Shown here one piece after another: positions 8,432 to 18,315 of a stretch of DNA of 53,627 bases. Position numbers and translations under genes: made by a program. The stretch is from Phototrophicaceae bacterium. GTDB lineage: Bacteria > Chloroflexota > Anaerolineae > Aggregatilineales > Phototrophicaceae. A model generated the notes under the pieces. That model searched no databases. It was given only the letters and a program-made list of their open reading frames with translations, and had not been told where the DNA came from. Positions within the stretch are counted from its first letter, which is position 1, and every line of letters starts with the position of its first letter. The stretch spans positions 1-53,627 of the forward strand of contig DASZXN010000443.1 in NCBI GenBank assembly GCA_035545875.1, given 5' to 3'.

Positions 8432-9255
8432 CCGCCTTTATCAACCACGTCAATTTCGAGTTTCGGACGGGTGTGCGGAACAAGTCGCTCCTGCTGCTCA
8501 ACTATCTGTTTCCACTCGGCTTCTATCTTCTGGCGAGCGCGATGCTCACAGGGCTGAACCCCACGTTCAATCGCACGCTGATTCCGGCGATGGTGTTTTT
8601 TACTATCCTTACGAGTACGATGCTGGGATTACCGGAGCCGATTGTCTCGGCACGCGAATCCGGCGTCTATCGCAGCTACAAGATTCACGGCATCTCCAAG
8701 CTGTCGATTTTGTTCATCCCTGTGCTGACGACGATCCTGCATACGACGATTGTCGCGCTCTTGATCATTGTCTCTGCGCCGCTGCTGTTTAATGCCGTTC
8801 TGCCCGTTAACGGCCTGGGCTTTGCGCTGGCCTATCTGCTGATGGCTTTCGCCTGTTCCGGGCTAGGGCTGCTGATCGGCGTAATAGCGCCCAATTCACG
8901 CGCGGCGATGCTGCTGGGTCAAGCGGTGTTCCTGCCATCAATGTTGATCGGTGGGCTGATGTTTCCCAGCGAGATGCTGCCAGCCGCGCTAGGGAAAATC
9001 GCCCTGCTTCTGCCGAGCAATCATGCCGTGAATCTGGTCAATGGCTGGGTCGTAGGCGGGCATCTGAACTTCAATGCTTATGGCTCTGCGGCGGTGCTTT
9101 TCAGCGGCGGCGCGCTGGCGCTTGGGCTGGCGCTGTATCTGTTCAACTGGGATAACCAGAACCGGATCAAACGCAGCAGAGCCGTCGCGCTGCTGGCGCT
9201 GCTGCCTTATATCGCCGCCATCGTCACGTCGCTCGTCGCGCATGGGGTTGGTTGA
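8428..9255 (+). CDS. ABC-2 type exporter permease
   Basis: Multi-TM protein with ARESG motif; ATGA overlap with the ATPase gene. Confidence 0.9.
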   Translation: MTAFINHVNFEFRTGVRNKSLLLLNYLFPLGFYLLASAMLTGLNPTFNRTLIPAMVFFTILTSTMLGLPEPIVSARESGVYRSYKIHGISKLSILFIPVLTTILHTTIVALLIIVSAPLLFNAVLPVNGLGFALAYLLMAFACSGLGLLIGVIAPNSRAAMLLGQAVFLPSMLIGGLMFPSEMLPAALGKIALLLPSNHAVNLVNGWVVGGHLNFNAYGSAAVLFSGGALALGLALYLFNWDNQNRIKRSRAVALLALLPYIAAIVTSLVAHGVG

Positions 9256-9300
9256 GGCTGCTTTTTACGTCCGCAAACGTGGGTATCGGAAGCGTAGATT

Positions 9301-10236
9301 ATGAGAGTTGATCCGATTCTTCTCCTCCATTTCAGAGAAACGCCATGCGAACCTAATGGGCGTGATCACGCGAATTTAGCCGCTGCCATCACCAAAGCTG
9401 CGAGCAAACACACCTACTATACGATTCGCCTTCTGGCGGATCGCAGCCGCGTCGGTCATGCTTATCGCGCCTATGCCTATTTTCGCTGGGTTGATGACTA
9501 CCTCGATGGAAAAGCTGCCGGACGCGCCGAACGCATCGGCTTTCTCGAACGGCAACAGATGTTGGTGAACCGCTGCTATCGCGGTGAAACTCTCGACGAT
9601 CTCTGTCCCGAAGAAGCACTGCTGGCCCAATTGATCGCTTCCGACAGCGAAGCGCACAGCGGGCTGCAAGCCTACATCCGCAACCTGATGGCGGTCATGG
9701 CCTTCGATACCGAGCGCAGAGGCCGCTTGATTTCACAGGGCGAGCTTGCGGAATACTCCTGCCATCTCGCCACCGGAGTGACCGAAGCGCTCCATTACTT
9801 CATCGGCCACAACGACAACGCGCCACACACCGACGAGCGCTATCTCGCCGTCACAGGCGCTCATATCACACACATGCTGCGCGACACCTGCGAGGACAGC
9901 GCGGCAGGTTATTTCAACATTCCCTGTGAGTTTCTGGAAGCGCACCGCCTCGATCCATGTGCGGTCCAGAATGATGCTTATCGGGAATGGGTCGAAAGCC
10001 GCGTCCGTCTGGCGCGCCGCTGTTTTGAAGCGGGGAAGCGCTATCTGGCGCAGGTGCGAAATCGTCGCTGCCGCTTCGCAGGGTACGCCTATATGACCCG
10101 CTTCGAGCATGTACTCGATACGATTGAGCACGATGGTTACCGTCTGCGCGCCGCCTACCCGGAAAACGACACTCTGTATACCGAACTGACATTAGCTCGT
10201 TCAACCTTATCCCTGTTCTCCAAATCGTCGATTTGA
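9301..10236 (+). CDS. Squalene/phytoene synthase family protein (CrtB/CrtM-like, divergent)
   Basis: YAYFRWVDDYLD and HMLRDTCED Asp-rich motifs; directly upstream of a phytoene desaturase. Confidence 0.85.
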   Translation: MRVDPILLLHFRETPCEPNGRDHANLAAAITKAASKHTYYTIRLLADRSRVGHAYRAYAYFRWVDDYLDGKAAGRAERIGFLERQQMLVNRCYRGETLDDLCPEEALLAQLIASDSEAHSGLQAYIRNLMAVMAFDTERRGRLISQGELAEYSCHLATGVTEALHYFIGHNDNAPHTDERYLAVTGAHITHMLRDTCEDSAAGYFNIPCEFLEAHRLDPCAVQNDAYREWVESRVRLARRCFEAGKRYLAQVRNRRCRFAGYAYMTRFEHVLDTIEHDGYRLRAAYPENDTLYTELTLARSTLSLFSKSSI

Positions 10237-10241
10237 GGTAC

Positions 10242-11801
10242 ATGATGAAGTCACCCACTGCAATTGTCATCGGAGCGGGCATCGGCGGCATCGCCAGCGC
10301 TGCCCATCTCGCCCGGCACGGTTTTCACGTCACCGTCTTTGAGAAGAATCAGCGACCGGGTGGGCGCTGCGATCACTTTAGTCACGAGGGGCATCGCTTT
10401 GATTCTGGCCCAACCCTGCTGATCATGCCCGTGATTTATGAGCAGGAATTTGCCGCATTAGGCGCATCTCTGCACGAGCGGCTCGACCTCCAGCGCGTCG
10501 ATCCAACTTATCATCTGGTGTTCGACGACGGCAGTCGGCTGGCGCTCACGTCCGATCTGACAGCCATGTATCGGCAGATTGAGGCCATCGAGCCGAACAG
10601 TTTTCAAGCCTTCCTGCATTATCTGGGTGAAGGCGGGCAGCTTTACAACCTGGCAATGGAGCAGTTGGTCGAGCGCGACTTCCGCACGGCCTTTGAATTT
10701 TTCAACATCAACAACCTGCCGCTGCTTTTCAACCTGAAGCCGCTTGTCCCTCATTACCATCACGTCAGCACGTTGTTCAGGCACCCGCATCTACGCGCCG
10801 CGTTCACGTTTCAGGATGTCTACATGGGGCTGAGTCCATTTGAAGCCCCATCGACCTTCTCGATGATGCCCTATACCGAACTGGCGCATGGCGTCTGGTA
10901 TCCCAAAGGCGGGATGTACAGCGTCGTCGAGGCGCTGATGCAAATCGCCACCGATGCAGGTGTGGAATTTGAGTTTGAAACGCCTATCGAGCGGATTGAT
11001 ATTGAGCGGTCGCGCGCGCGCGGCGTGCTGTTGAGCAACGGGCGTTGGCAGGCAGCGGACATTGTAATCGCCAACGCCGATCTACCCTACGTTTATACGC
11101 AACTGCTCCCCGACCCCGATCTGGCTGGAGAGCTGGTAGATAAAGAATTTTCCTGCTCGGCGATCAGCTTTTTCTGGGGAGTGGATAAAACCTACCCGGA
11201 ACTCAGCGCCCATACGCTCTTTCTGGCCGAAGATTATCAGGAAAACTTCAAAAGCATCAGCGAGCAGTTCACGCTGCCGGACAATCCAAGCCTGTATATT
11301 CACGCACCCGCCCGCCTTGATCCCGCTGCCGCGCCGCCAGAGCAGGATACACTGGTCGCAATTGTCCCGGTTGGGCACATGGACGAGAAGCACGCACAAG
11401 ACTGGGTCGAGCTGCGCGATTTGGCACGAAAGGCGGTTTTCCATCGGCTGGCGCTGCTCGGCATCACCGATCTGGAAGCACATCTGAAGTTTGAAATGAA
11501 CTATACGCCACCCTCGTGGCACAAGCGCTATAACCTTATGAAAGGGGCGACACACGGGCTGTCGCATACGCTGACGCAGCTTGCCTACTTCCGCCCACAC
11601 AACCGCCATCCGCGTTATCAGAATCTGTACTTTGTAGGCGCGAGTACACATCCCGGAACCGGCGTGCCATCCGCGCTGATTTCCGCGCATCAGGTCGTCG
11701 ATCGTGTCCTGGATGATTGGAAGGCCAACGTCGCCGCAAATGACGCCGTGCTCGCTCCGAAACCGCAGCGCCTTCATCCTCATTTCGATGACGGTGCTTG
11801 A
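10242..11801 (+). CDS. crtI: Phytoene desaturase family protein (CrtI/CrtN-type)
   Basis: GAGIGG FAD motif, FDSGPT, GVWYPKGG, NLYFVGASTHPGTGVP. Confidence 0.9.
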   Translation: MMKSPTAIVIGAGIGGIASAAHLARHGFHVTVFEKNQRPGGRCDHFSHEGHRFDSGPTLLIMPVIYEQEFAALGASLHERLDLQRVDPTYHLVFDDGSRLALTSDLTAMYRQIEAIEPNSFQAFLHYLGEGGQLYNLAMEQLVERDFRTAFEFFNINNLPLLFNLKPLVPHYHHVSTLFRHPHLRAAFTFQDVYMGLSPFEAPSTFSMMPYTELAHGVWYPKGGMYSVVEALMQIATDAGVEFEFETPIERIDIERSRARGVLLSNGRWQAADIVIANADLPYVYTQLLPDPDLAGELVDKEFSCSAISFFWGVDKTYPELSAHTLFLAEDYQENFKSISEQFTLPDNPSLYIHAPARLDPAAAPPEQDTLVAIVPVGHMDEKHAQDWVELRDLARKAVFHRLALLGITDLEAHLKFEMNYTPPSWHKRYNLMKGATHGLSHTLTQLAYFRPHNRHPRYQNLYFVGASTHPGTGVPSALISAHQVVDRVLDDWKANVAANDAVLAPKPQRLHPHFDDGA

Positions 11802-11832
11802 GAATACGGCAGATCAGAAATGAAGTGATGCT

Positions 11833-12759
11833 ATGCCATACCAAATACGCTCAATTGACGACGAGGAGAATTACTGGCGGCTGCGCGCGTTTCTCCGCGA
11901 AGTCTTTCTCTGCAATCACCGTCAGGAGTTAAGCTGGCAAGCTGCGCGTCTGGACTACTGGCGTTATTTCATCAATCCCCTGAATGATCATTACCCGCTC
12001 AGTCAGGCCATCCACATTTTTGAAACCGCCAACGGCACTATCGCCGGGGCGCTCACGGTCGATGGCCGAAGCAACGCCTTTTTGAACGTCCATCCCAACT
12101 TACGCACGCCAGAACTTGAGCAAGCCATGCTTGAGACCGCAGAAAACCAGCTTGCGGAACCCGATTCAGACGGTTTGCATCATCTGACCGTTTGGGCAGC
12201 GCAGAACGACGCGCTTCGCATTCAAATGCTTCAGAAATATGGGTATCAGAAAGGCGGCTGGCCTGAACATCAATATGGCCGCGATCTCAGCCGCCCCATT
12301 GTGGAATCGGCTCCTGTCTCTGGCTATGTCGTCCGGTCGCTCGGCGACAAGGATGAAGTTCCAACACGCGCCTGGGTTTCCTGGAAAGCATTTCACCCGG
12401 ACGAGCCGAATGAAAACTATCTGGGCTGGGAGTGGTACCAGGATATCCAGCGCTGTCCGCTCTACCGCCGTGACCTCGATCTCGTGACCATCGCTCCCGG
12501 CGGTGAGATGGCCGCGTTCTGCACAATCTGGTACGACGACGTGACGCGCACAGGCATGTTCGAGCCGGTTGGCACGTCACCGACGCATCAGCGCAAAGGA
12601 TTAGGTAAGCAGATCATGCGGGAAGGATTACGCCGATTGCAGCAGTTGGGCGCGATTCATGCGACCGTCGCCGGATATTCCGTCGCCGCCAACGCGCTCT
12701 ATACATCCATGATGTCCTCTCCCTATTCCCTGTTCGAGCGCTGGCATCGACAGTTTTAA
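11833..12759 (+). CDS. GNAT family N-acetyltransferase (tandem GNAT-like)
   Basis: FEPVGTSPTHQRKGLGK acetyl-CoA motif; ANALY. Confidence 0.85.
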   Translation: MPYQIRSIDDEENYWRLRAFLREVFLCNHRQELSWQAARLDYWRYFINPLNDHYPLSQAIHIFETANGTIAGALTVDGRSNAFLNVHPNLRTPELEQAMLETAENQLAEPDSDGLHHLTVWAAQNDALRIQMLQKYGYQKGGWPEHQYGRDLSRPIVESAPVSGYVVRSLGDKDEVPTRAWVSWKAFHPDEPNENYLGWEWYQDIQRCPLYRRDLDLVTIAPGGEMAAFCTIWYDDVTRTGMFEPVGTSPTHQRKGLGKQIMREGLRRLQQLGAIHATVAGYSVAANALYTSMMSSPYSLFERWHRQF

Positions 12760-12834
12760 GCGCGTATCAACACAGCAGCGCCAGCCGGAGAACTCGCTAT
12801 CGCGCGCCCGACAGCATTGCGGCGGAGAATACAG

Positions 12835-13254
12835 ATGGTTCCTATTCCAGACTCTCATCGTGACCTGATTGACGGTCAGCACAACGCGGCCTTGACGACC
12901 ATCCTACCTAACGGTCAGCCGCAGACCACGCCCGTATGGTGTAATCGCGAAGGCGGCTGTCTGTGCGTCAACACGATGCGCGGATTTCAAAAAGAGAAAA
13001 ATATGCGCGCCAATCCAAAAGTCACTCTGCTTGCTTACGATACCTGCAATCCCCTCCACTACATCGAAATTCGCGGCATCGTCATCGAAATGACCGAAGT
13101 AGACGCGCTCGAACATCTCAACCGGCTCACCAGCAAATATCTCGGCAAGCCAGCAGCCCAATTCTTTGGCGACAGCGTCTCTGCTGAATTGAGGACGAGC
13201 TTTACCCCGGTCAAAGTCCGAATTATGCCGACGCGCGTGCGGACGGAGGGATAA
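12835..13254 (+). CDS. PPOX-class putative F420-dependent oxidoreductase (paralog 1)
   Basis: LTTILPNGQPQTTPVW, KEKNMRANPKVTLL, YIEIRG motifs. Confidence 0.88.
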   Translation: MVPIPDSHRDLIDGQHNAALTTILPNGQPQTTPVWCNREGGCLCVNTMRGFQKEKNMRANPKVTLLAYDTCNPLHYIEIRGIVIEMTEVDALEHLNRLTSKYLGKPAAQFFGDSVSAELRTSFTPVKVRIMPTRVRTEG

Positions 13255-13256
13255 CG

Positions 13257-13712
13257 ATGCCAACCACAATTCCAAACTCTCATATCGATTTACTGTGCGC
13301 TCCTGTTTACGGCATTCTGACAACCGTCATGCCCGACGGCCAACCGCAGTGCAGCCTTGTCTGGATCGACTATGACGGCTGCAATCTGCTGCTGAATACG
13401 ACCCTTGAGCGGCAGAAGGTGAAAAACATGCGCAGCGACCCTAAAGTGACGCTGCTGGTGATTGATCCGCAGGACAGCAGTCGTTGGCTGGAAGTGCGAG
13501 GGCGCGTCATCGACATGGAAATCTGCGGGGCAGAAGCTCACGCCGATCAGCTCACACGGCGCTATACGGGAAAATCGTCCTTTTACGGAGATATTTATCC
13601 CGTCGAACAAAAACAAAAGGAAACGCGCGTGATCGTTAGGATCGAACCAATCCATATCGCGCTCGACGCCTTTTTCCGCGAGCCATCTCACGCAGCCGCC
13701 CATGAGCTTTAA
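13257..13712 (+). CDS. PPOX-class putative F420-dependent oxidoreductase (paralog 2)
   Basis: LTTVMPDGQPQCSLVW, QKVKNMRSDPKVTLL, WLEVRG motifs. Confidence 0.88.
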   Translation: MPTTIPNSHIDLLCAPVYGILTTVMPDGQPQCSLVWIDYDGCNLLLNTTLERQKVKNMRSDPKVTLLVIDPQDSSRWLEVRGRVIDMEICGAEAHADQLTRRYTGKSSFYGDIYPVEQKQKETRVIVRIEPIHIALDAFFREPSHAAAHEL

Positions 13713-13818
13713 TCATGGCACGGGAATGAAACGCCGCATGAGCAAAACAGCACCGATTCGGTCGGCAGCAACCCCAAGCACGTGCCCCCGAACACGACGT
13801 TTTGGGAAGTTAGCGCAC

Positions 13819-14823
13819 CTATTGAGTATGCGCGCTGCGAGGCAAAATTGCGCGTAGATATTCGGTGCGTTCGAAGGTGCTCACATCTCGACTGTGAAAC
13901 TGCGGCAGAATACCTTGCAAACTGGCTACAGACTCGTAGTCGTTCTGAAGGAGCCAACTGCGTAAATCCTGTTCGAGCGTTCGCAGTCGGTCAATCCCCT
14001 CCTTGAGCAGTACAGAGGCCAGCATCGTCACTTTGGCGCCAACCATCAGCAGCTTGACTACATCCTCTGCGGTGTAAATGCCCCCTGTCGCCGCCAAATC
14101 GGGCTTGATGCTGCCGTACAAAATGGCAATCCAGTGGAGTGGCAGGCGCAGATCAGAGCGATTACCAAGCGGAATATCCGATTTCAATTCCAATCTAGCC
14201 GGATCAAGGTCAGGCTGGTAAAAGCGGTTGAACAGGACAAGCGCATCCGCTCCGGCGAGATCAAGCTTATGCGCCATCCACGCGAGATTGGTGAAAAAAG
14301 GGCTTAACTTCACTGCTACCGGAATTTCGACCGCCGACTTCACATTGTTCAATATCGTCACACACATGGCTTCGATTGGTTCAGAAGCCTGCTCCTGGTC
14401 GGTCGGTATTGGATAAATATTCAGTTCCAGTGCATCTGCGCCCGATTGCCCAATCTTCTGAGCGAAATCTGTCCAATTGCCGAGCGATCTACAGTTCAGG
14501 CTGGCGATGATCGGAATTGAAACTGCGCCTTTGGCCTGCGCAAGCTGTTCAAGGTAATCATCAAGATGCAGTGGGAAATGCGCCTTCGCGGGAAAGAGTG
14601 CTGCCGCGTCGGAGGGGGTTGCTGTCGGGTGCTCGGCGTAATAGCGGAGGATGCGCTGCTCGACGCGAATTTGCTCCTCAAAAAGCGAATAGAACACCAC
14701 TGCGCCTGCTCCGGCATCTTCCATCCGTTTAACGTTGTCCAGGCTTTGCGAGAGGGGTGACGCGGAGACGACCAGCGGCGAACGCAGCGGCATATTCAGA
14801 TATTTCGTCTCAAGGTTCATCAT
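13819..14823 (-). CDS. Dihydroorotate dehydrogenase-like FMN protein
   Basis: LRSPLVVSASP, SLFEEQI, ELNIY, PVAVKLSP, LFNRFYQPD, ATGGI motifs; start 14823 or 14820. Confidence 0.88.
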   Translation of the reverse strand: MMNLETKYLNMPLRSPLVVSASPLSQSLDNVKRMEDAGAGAVVFYSLFEEQIRVEQRILRYYAEHPTATPSDAAALFPAKAHFPLHLDDYLEQLAQAKGAVSIPIIASLNCRSLGNWTDFAQKIGQSGADALELNIYPIPTDQEQASEPIEAMCVTILNNVKSAVEIPVAVKLSPFFTNLAWMAHKLDLAGADALVLFNRFYQPDLDPARLELKSDIPLGNRSDLRLPLHWIAILYGSIKPDLAATGGIYTAEDVVKLLMVGAKVTMLASVLLKEGIDRLRTLEQDLRSWLLQNDYESVASLQGILPQFHSRDVSTFERTEYLRAILPRSAHTQ

Positions 14824-14868
14824 TTTCTTCGCAACCACGTATCTATTTTTTCCCAAAAATTCGTTTAA

Positions 14869-17151
14869 TCAGAACAGAGCAAGCTCCTCTTTTCGGTCAA
14901 TCCGATCTCGATGCTGCTCGATCTCGGTCTGGGGCGTAGGCGCGGGTTGAGCCAGAACTTTGGCAATCGGGCGCAGGTCGAGCCACCACTGTTTTTTCGG
15001 ACGTTGATTCACCTGATCGCACATACGCGCCATATCCTCAATCGGGTGAATTTGAATATCGCCCGATTCGATGCCGATGAACGCACTCATAGGCTCATTG
15101 GTCTGGGCATTCTCGATGAGGAATTCAATACATTGGGCGGCCAGCCTCGTCGCCTGAATGCGATCAAACGGCGAGGGATCACCCCCCTGCTGCACGTGCC
15201 CCAAAATCGTCTGCCGCACGTCGAACAGACCGCCACCCTCTTCCTCGAACAGCGCGGCCATAAAATTCGAGGTATAGACGGGATTGGCATTCTCGTTGCG
15301 GATCATCAAGCCGAGGCGTTTGCCACTCTTGAAGCCCGTCATCAGTTGGTTCAGGTCGGCCTGTAGATCGCTCAACGTGACGCCTTCTTCGGGCAAATAC
15401 ACCCGTTCAGCACCGGTCGCCAGCCCGCCCATCAACGCGAGATACCCACAATGGCGTCCCATCACTTCCACGACAAAGCAGCGGCGCTGCGCGATGGCGG
15501 ACTGCTTAATCCGATCAACGGCCCAGACAATATTATTGAGCGCCGTATCTGCTCCAATACTGAGTTCGGAACCGGGCAGATTATTGTTAATTGAAGCGGG
15601 TAAACAGATCGTCGGCATGTTGAAGGCAGGGAAGTTATCCTGTTCGTGATGTAACTGGTAAGCTCCCTGATAAGCTGACCAGCCGCCGATGATCAACAGC
15701 GCCTGAATGTCATGTTTTTCGATATTTCGCGCAATGGCGTAGAAATCACGCCCCTTTGGGATTTCCCGATTCGCGCCCAATTCAGAGCCGCCCGTTGTTG
15801 CCCAGCCATTGACGCTCATCCAGTCCATCTCACGAATAGTGCCATCGATCAATCCCTGGAAACCGTTATTCACGCCCAGCATGATATGACCTCGGTCGAG
15901 ACCGATGCGCACCGCAGTGCGGATCGCGGTATTCATGCCCGGTGCCGGAGCGCCGGAGTTTATTACCGCAATTCGTAGACGTTTCTGTCCGGGGGTCGGC
16001 TCGTGCGGCAGAGATCGCAGCAATGTCCGCAGCGTGCGAAACGCGCGTTTGAAACTGGGGCCTCGAAGCTCCATTGCACGCTCGTAATCGTGAGCCGCAA
16101 TCGCCTCGGCGACCGCATGGGTTTGTTCGACGCACCGCATCAGGGGCAACTGGACAATCCGGTTATTGCGCAGACCGATCAAGACCGGTTCCGTTTCTGC
16201 CGATCCCGAAAGGATGGCTTCAACCGCAGCGTTCCCTAACAATGTGCCCAGATTACGGTCAAACGCACTCGGCGTTCCCCCGCGTTGAACATGCCCCAAT
16301 GCGGTCACCCGCACTTCCTCTTGCAGTTTTTCTTCCAGCACCTTGCGCACGTAGGCGCTGTCAATGGGATTACCGTAGCGGTCATGGGCACCTTCAGCAA
16401 CAATCACGATGCTATCCCGGCGTCCAGCGGCACGCCCCGCTTTGAGAGCAGCGCACATCTTTTCTTCCCAGTGATCCACGTCAGGCGGATTTTCGGGGAT
16501 TAACACCCAGTCAGCGCCAGTCGCAATCGACGCCATTAGCGCGAGATAGCCACAGTTGCGCCCCATGACTTCCACCACAAATGTCCGTTGATGGCTCGCT
16601 GCGGTACTGCTAATGGCATCGACGGCTTCGGTAATTCGGTGCAGCGCAGTATCGGCACCGATGGTCATGTCGGTGCCAAACATATCATTGTCAATGGAGC
16701 CGACCAAGCCGATGATGGTCAGGCGCGCGTGTTTATCTGCCGTCTCCTGGCTGATCTTGCCCATTGTGACCAGTTCTCCCAGCAAGACCGGCCATTCCTG
16801 ACGAAACAGGTTTGCTCCGGTGAGACTGCCGTCACCGCCTATAATGATCAGGTTGTCAATCTCATGTTCGAGCAGGTTGCAGGCGGCCAGTCGTCGCCCC
16901 TCATGCGTCCGAAAAGCCTCACAGCGGGCTGTTCCAATGACCGTCCCACCGCGATGCAGGATGCCGCCAACCGAATCCCACGAGAGCTTACGGATACAGT
17001 CGCCGCCATCGATCAAGCCCTGATAGCCTTCGTAGATCGCATAGACCTCAATATCACGGTTTAAAGCAATACGCGCAATCGCGCGAATAGCGGCATTCAT
17101 TCCGGGCGCATCGCCCCCGCTGGTCAGTACGGCGAGACGTTTCCAAGTCAT
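14869..17151 (-). CDS. pfk: Eukaryote-type (internally duplicated) ATP-dependent 6-phosphofructokinase, 760 aa
   Basis: N-half GGDAPGMN, GTARC, GGDGS, GSIDND, EVMGR, LGHVQRGG; C-half GAPAPGMN, PASINNNLPG, RNE, LGHVQQGG, PKKQWW. Confidence 0.93.
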   Translation of the reverse strand: MTWKRLAVLTSGGDAPGMNAAIRAIARIALNRDIEVYAIYEGYQGLIDGGDCIRKLSWDSVGGILHRGGTVIGTARCEAFRTHEGRRLAACNLLEHEIDNLIIIGGDGSLTGANLFRQEWPVLLGELVTMGKISQETADKHARLTIIGLVGSIDNDMFGTDMTIGADTALHRITEAVDAISSTAASHQRTFVVEVMGRNCGYLALMASIATGADWVLIPENPPDVDHWEEKMCAALKAGRAAGRRDSIVIVAEGAHDRYGNPIDSAYVRKVLEEKLQEEVRVTALGHVQRGGTPSAFDRNLGTLLGNAAVEAILSGSAETEPVLIGLRNNRIVQLPLMRCVEQTHAVAEAIAAHDYERAMELRGPSFKRAFRTLRTLLRSLPHEPTPGQKRLRIAVINSGAPAPGMNTAIRTAVRIGLDRGHIMLGVNNGFQGLIDGTIREMDWMSVNGWATTGGSELGANREIPKGRDFYAIARNIEKHDIQALLIIGGWSAYQGAYQLHHEQDNFPAFNMPTICLPASINNNLPGSELSIGADTALNNIVWAVDRIKQSAIAQRRCFVVEVMGRHCGYLALMGGLATGAERVYLPEEGVTLSDLQADLNQLMTGFKSGKRLGLMIRNENANPVYTSNFMAALFEEEGGGLFDVRQTILGHVQQGGDPSPFDRIQATRLAAQCIEFLIENAQTNEPMSAFIGIESGDIQIHPIEDMARMCDQVNQRPKKQWWLDLRPIAKVLAQPAPTPQTEIEQHRDRIDRKEELALF

Positions 17152-17166
17152 GGTGAAAGCGTTCCT

Positions 17167-18165
17167 TTAGGAGTGGCTTAAGCTCACTCTCGAATACGAA
17201 GGAAGGAACACGCTGGCAAGCTGCATCAAGTTTGGAGCAATTTCTTTCTTTTTATCAATCATCTCGGCATAGGGCAGCACCCGTGCCGCGCCGCCGAGAT
17301 AACCGGCGATAACGCCCTGTTCGCCGCGCGCCAGTGCATCGACAGCGCAAACACCAAGATATGCCCCCAGAAAGCGGTCAAACGCGTTTGGCGCAGCCCG
17401 TCGCTGAATGTGGCCGAGTCGGATAGGCTGTTCCCGTCGGTTCAGAGGATTGTTGTGAGCAAAATGGCGCATCAATCGATCTGCGTTGCAAACTGCGCCT
17501 TCCGCGACCACAATCACGGGATGCGCGTGACCGTGATCGCGCTCTTGTCGGATTATTTCTTCAATTTCTTCGGGCGTCGTCTCGATTTCCGGTATCACAA
17601 CGCCGTCCGCGTCACTCGCAATGGCGGAGACCAGCGCCAAATACCCACATCGGCGACCCGCGACCTCAAGAATCGCGCAGAAATCCGTTGACTTCGTGAT
17701 CTTGAGGTGATCAATCGCATCGAGCGCGAGGTTTAAAGCGGTGTCCACGCCAACGATCATATCGAAACCTGCAAGGTCGTTTTCAACTGAAGCAGCCACA
17801 CCGTTGACGGCAAATTTCGACTTCGAGAGCGCATGAGCGATGGTTTGCGTTTCTTCCCCACCAATGACAATCATGGCGTCGATTTTCTGTTCGTTGAGCG
17901 TCCGCAGTGCAAGTTCCTGTCCCGCTTCGGTCACAAATCGGCTGTTATCGATACTTTCGAGCATACTGCCGCCGCGTTGAACAACACCATCGACGCTGTG
18001 CGTCGTGAGTGGGATCAGCTCCCCCTGAAGCAATCCCTCATACCCATTACAAATCCCGAATACTCCCCAATCGTAATGATGCGCCGCGCGGGTCACAGCG
18101 CGTATCGCTGCGTTCATGCCGGGAGCATCGTCATCCCCTGTTAAGACCGCGATACGTCGTAACAT
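17167..18165 (-). CDS. Degenerate PfkA-family protein, probably catalytically inactive
   Basis: PFK fold motifs present but altered: GDDDAPG, GGEET, SVEND, AGR, HIQRRA; ORF intact. Confidence 0.8.
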   Translation of the reverse strand: MLRRIAVLTGDDDAPGMNAAIRAVTRAAHHYDWGVFGICNGYEGLLQGELIPLTTHSVDGVVQRGGSMLESIDNSRFVTEAGQELALRTLNEQKIDAMIVIGGEETQTIAHALSKSKFAVNGVAASVENDLAGFDMIVGVDTALNLALDAIDHLKITKSTDFCAILEVAGRRCGYLALVSAIASDADGVVIPEIETTPEEIEEIIRQERDHGHAHPVIVVAEGAVCNADRLMRHFAHNNPLNRREQPIRLGHIQRRAAPNAFDRFLGAYLGVCAVDALARGEQGVIAGYLGGAARVLPYAEMIDKKKEIAPNLMQLASVFLPSYSRVSLSHS

Positions 18166-18315
18166 GATATCAGTCGCCTCTTTCCGCACGAGGCCGATGC
18201 GATCAAAATTGCATCAGCCTCGGCACTATCGAATTGATTTCACGTATAACACACCTCGAAACTGCTGATTTCCTGAGCGAGAGTGTGAATGAATCAGAAC
18301 GGAAATCAGAGGCAA

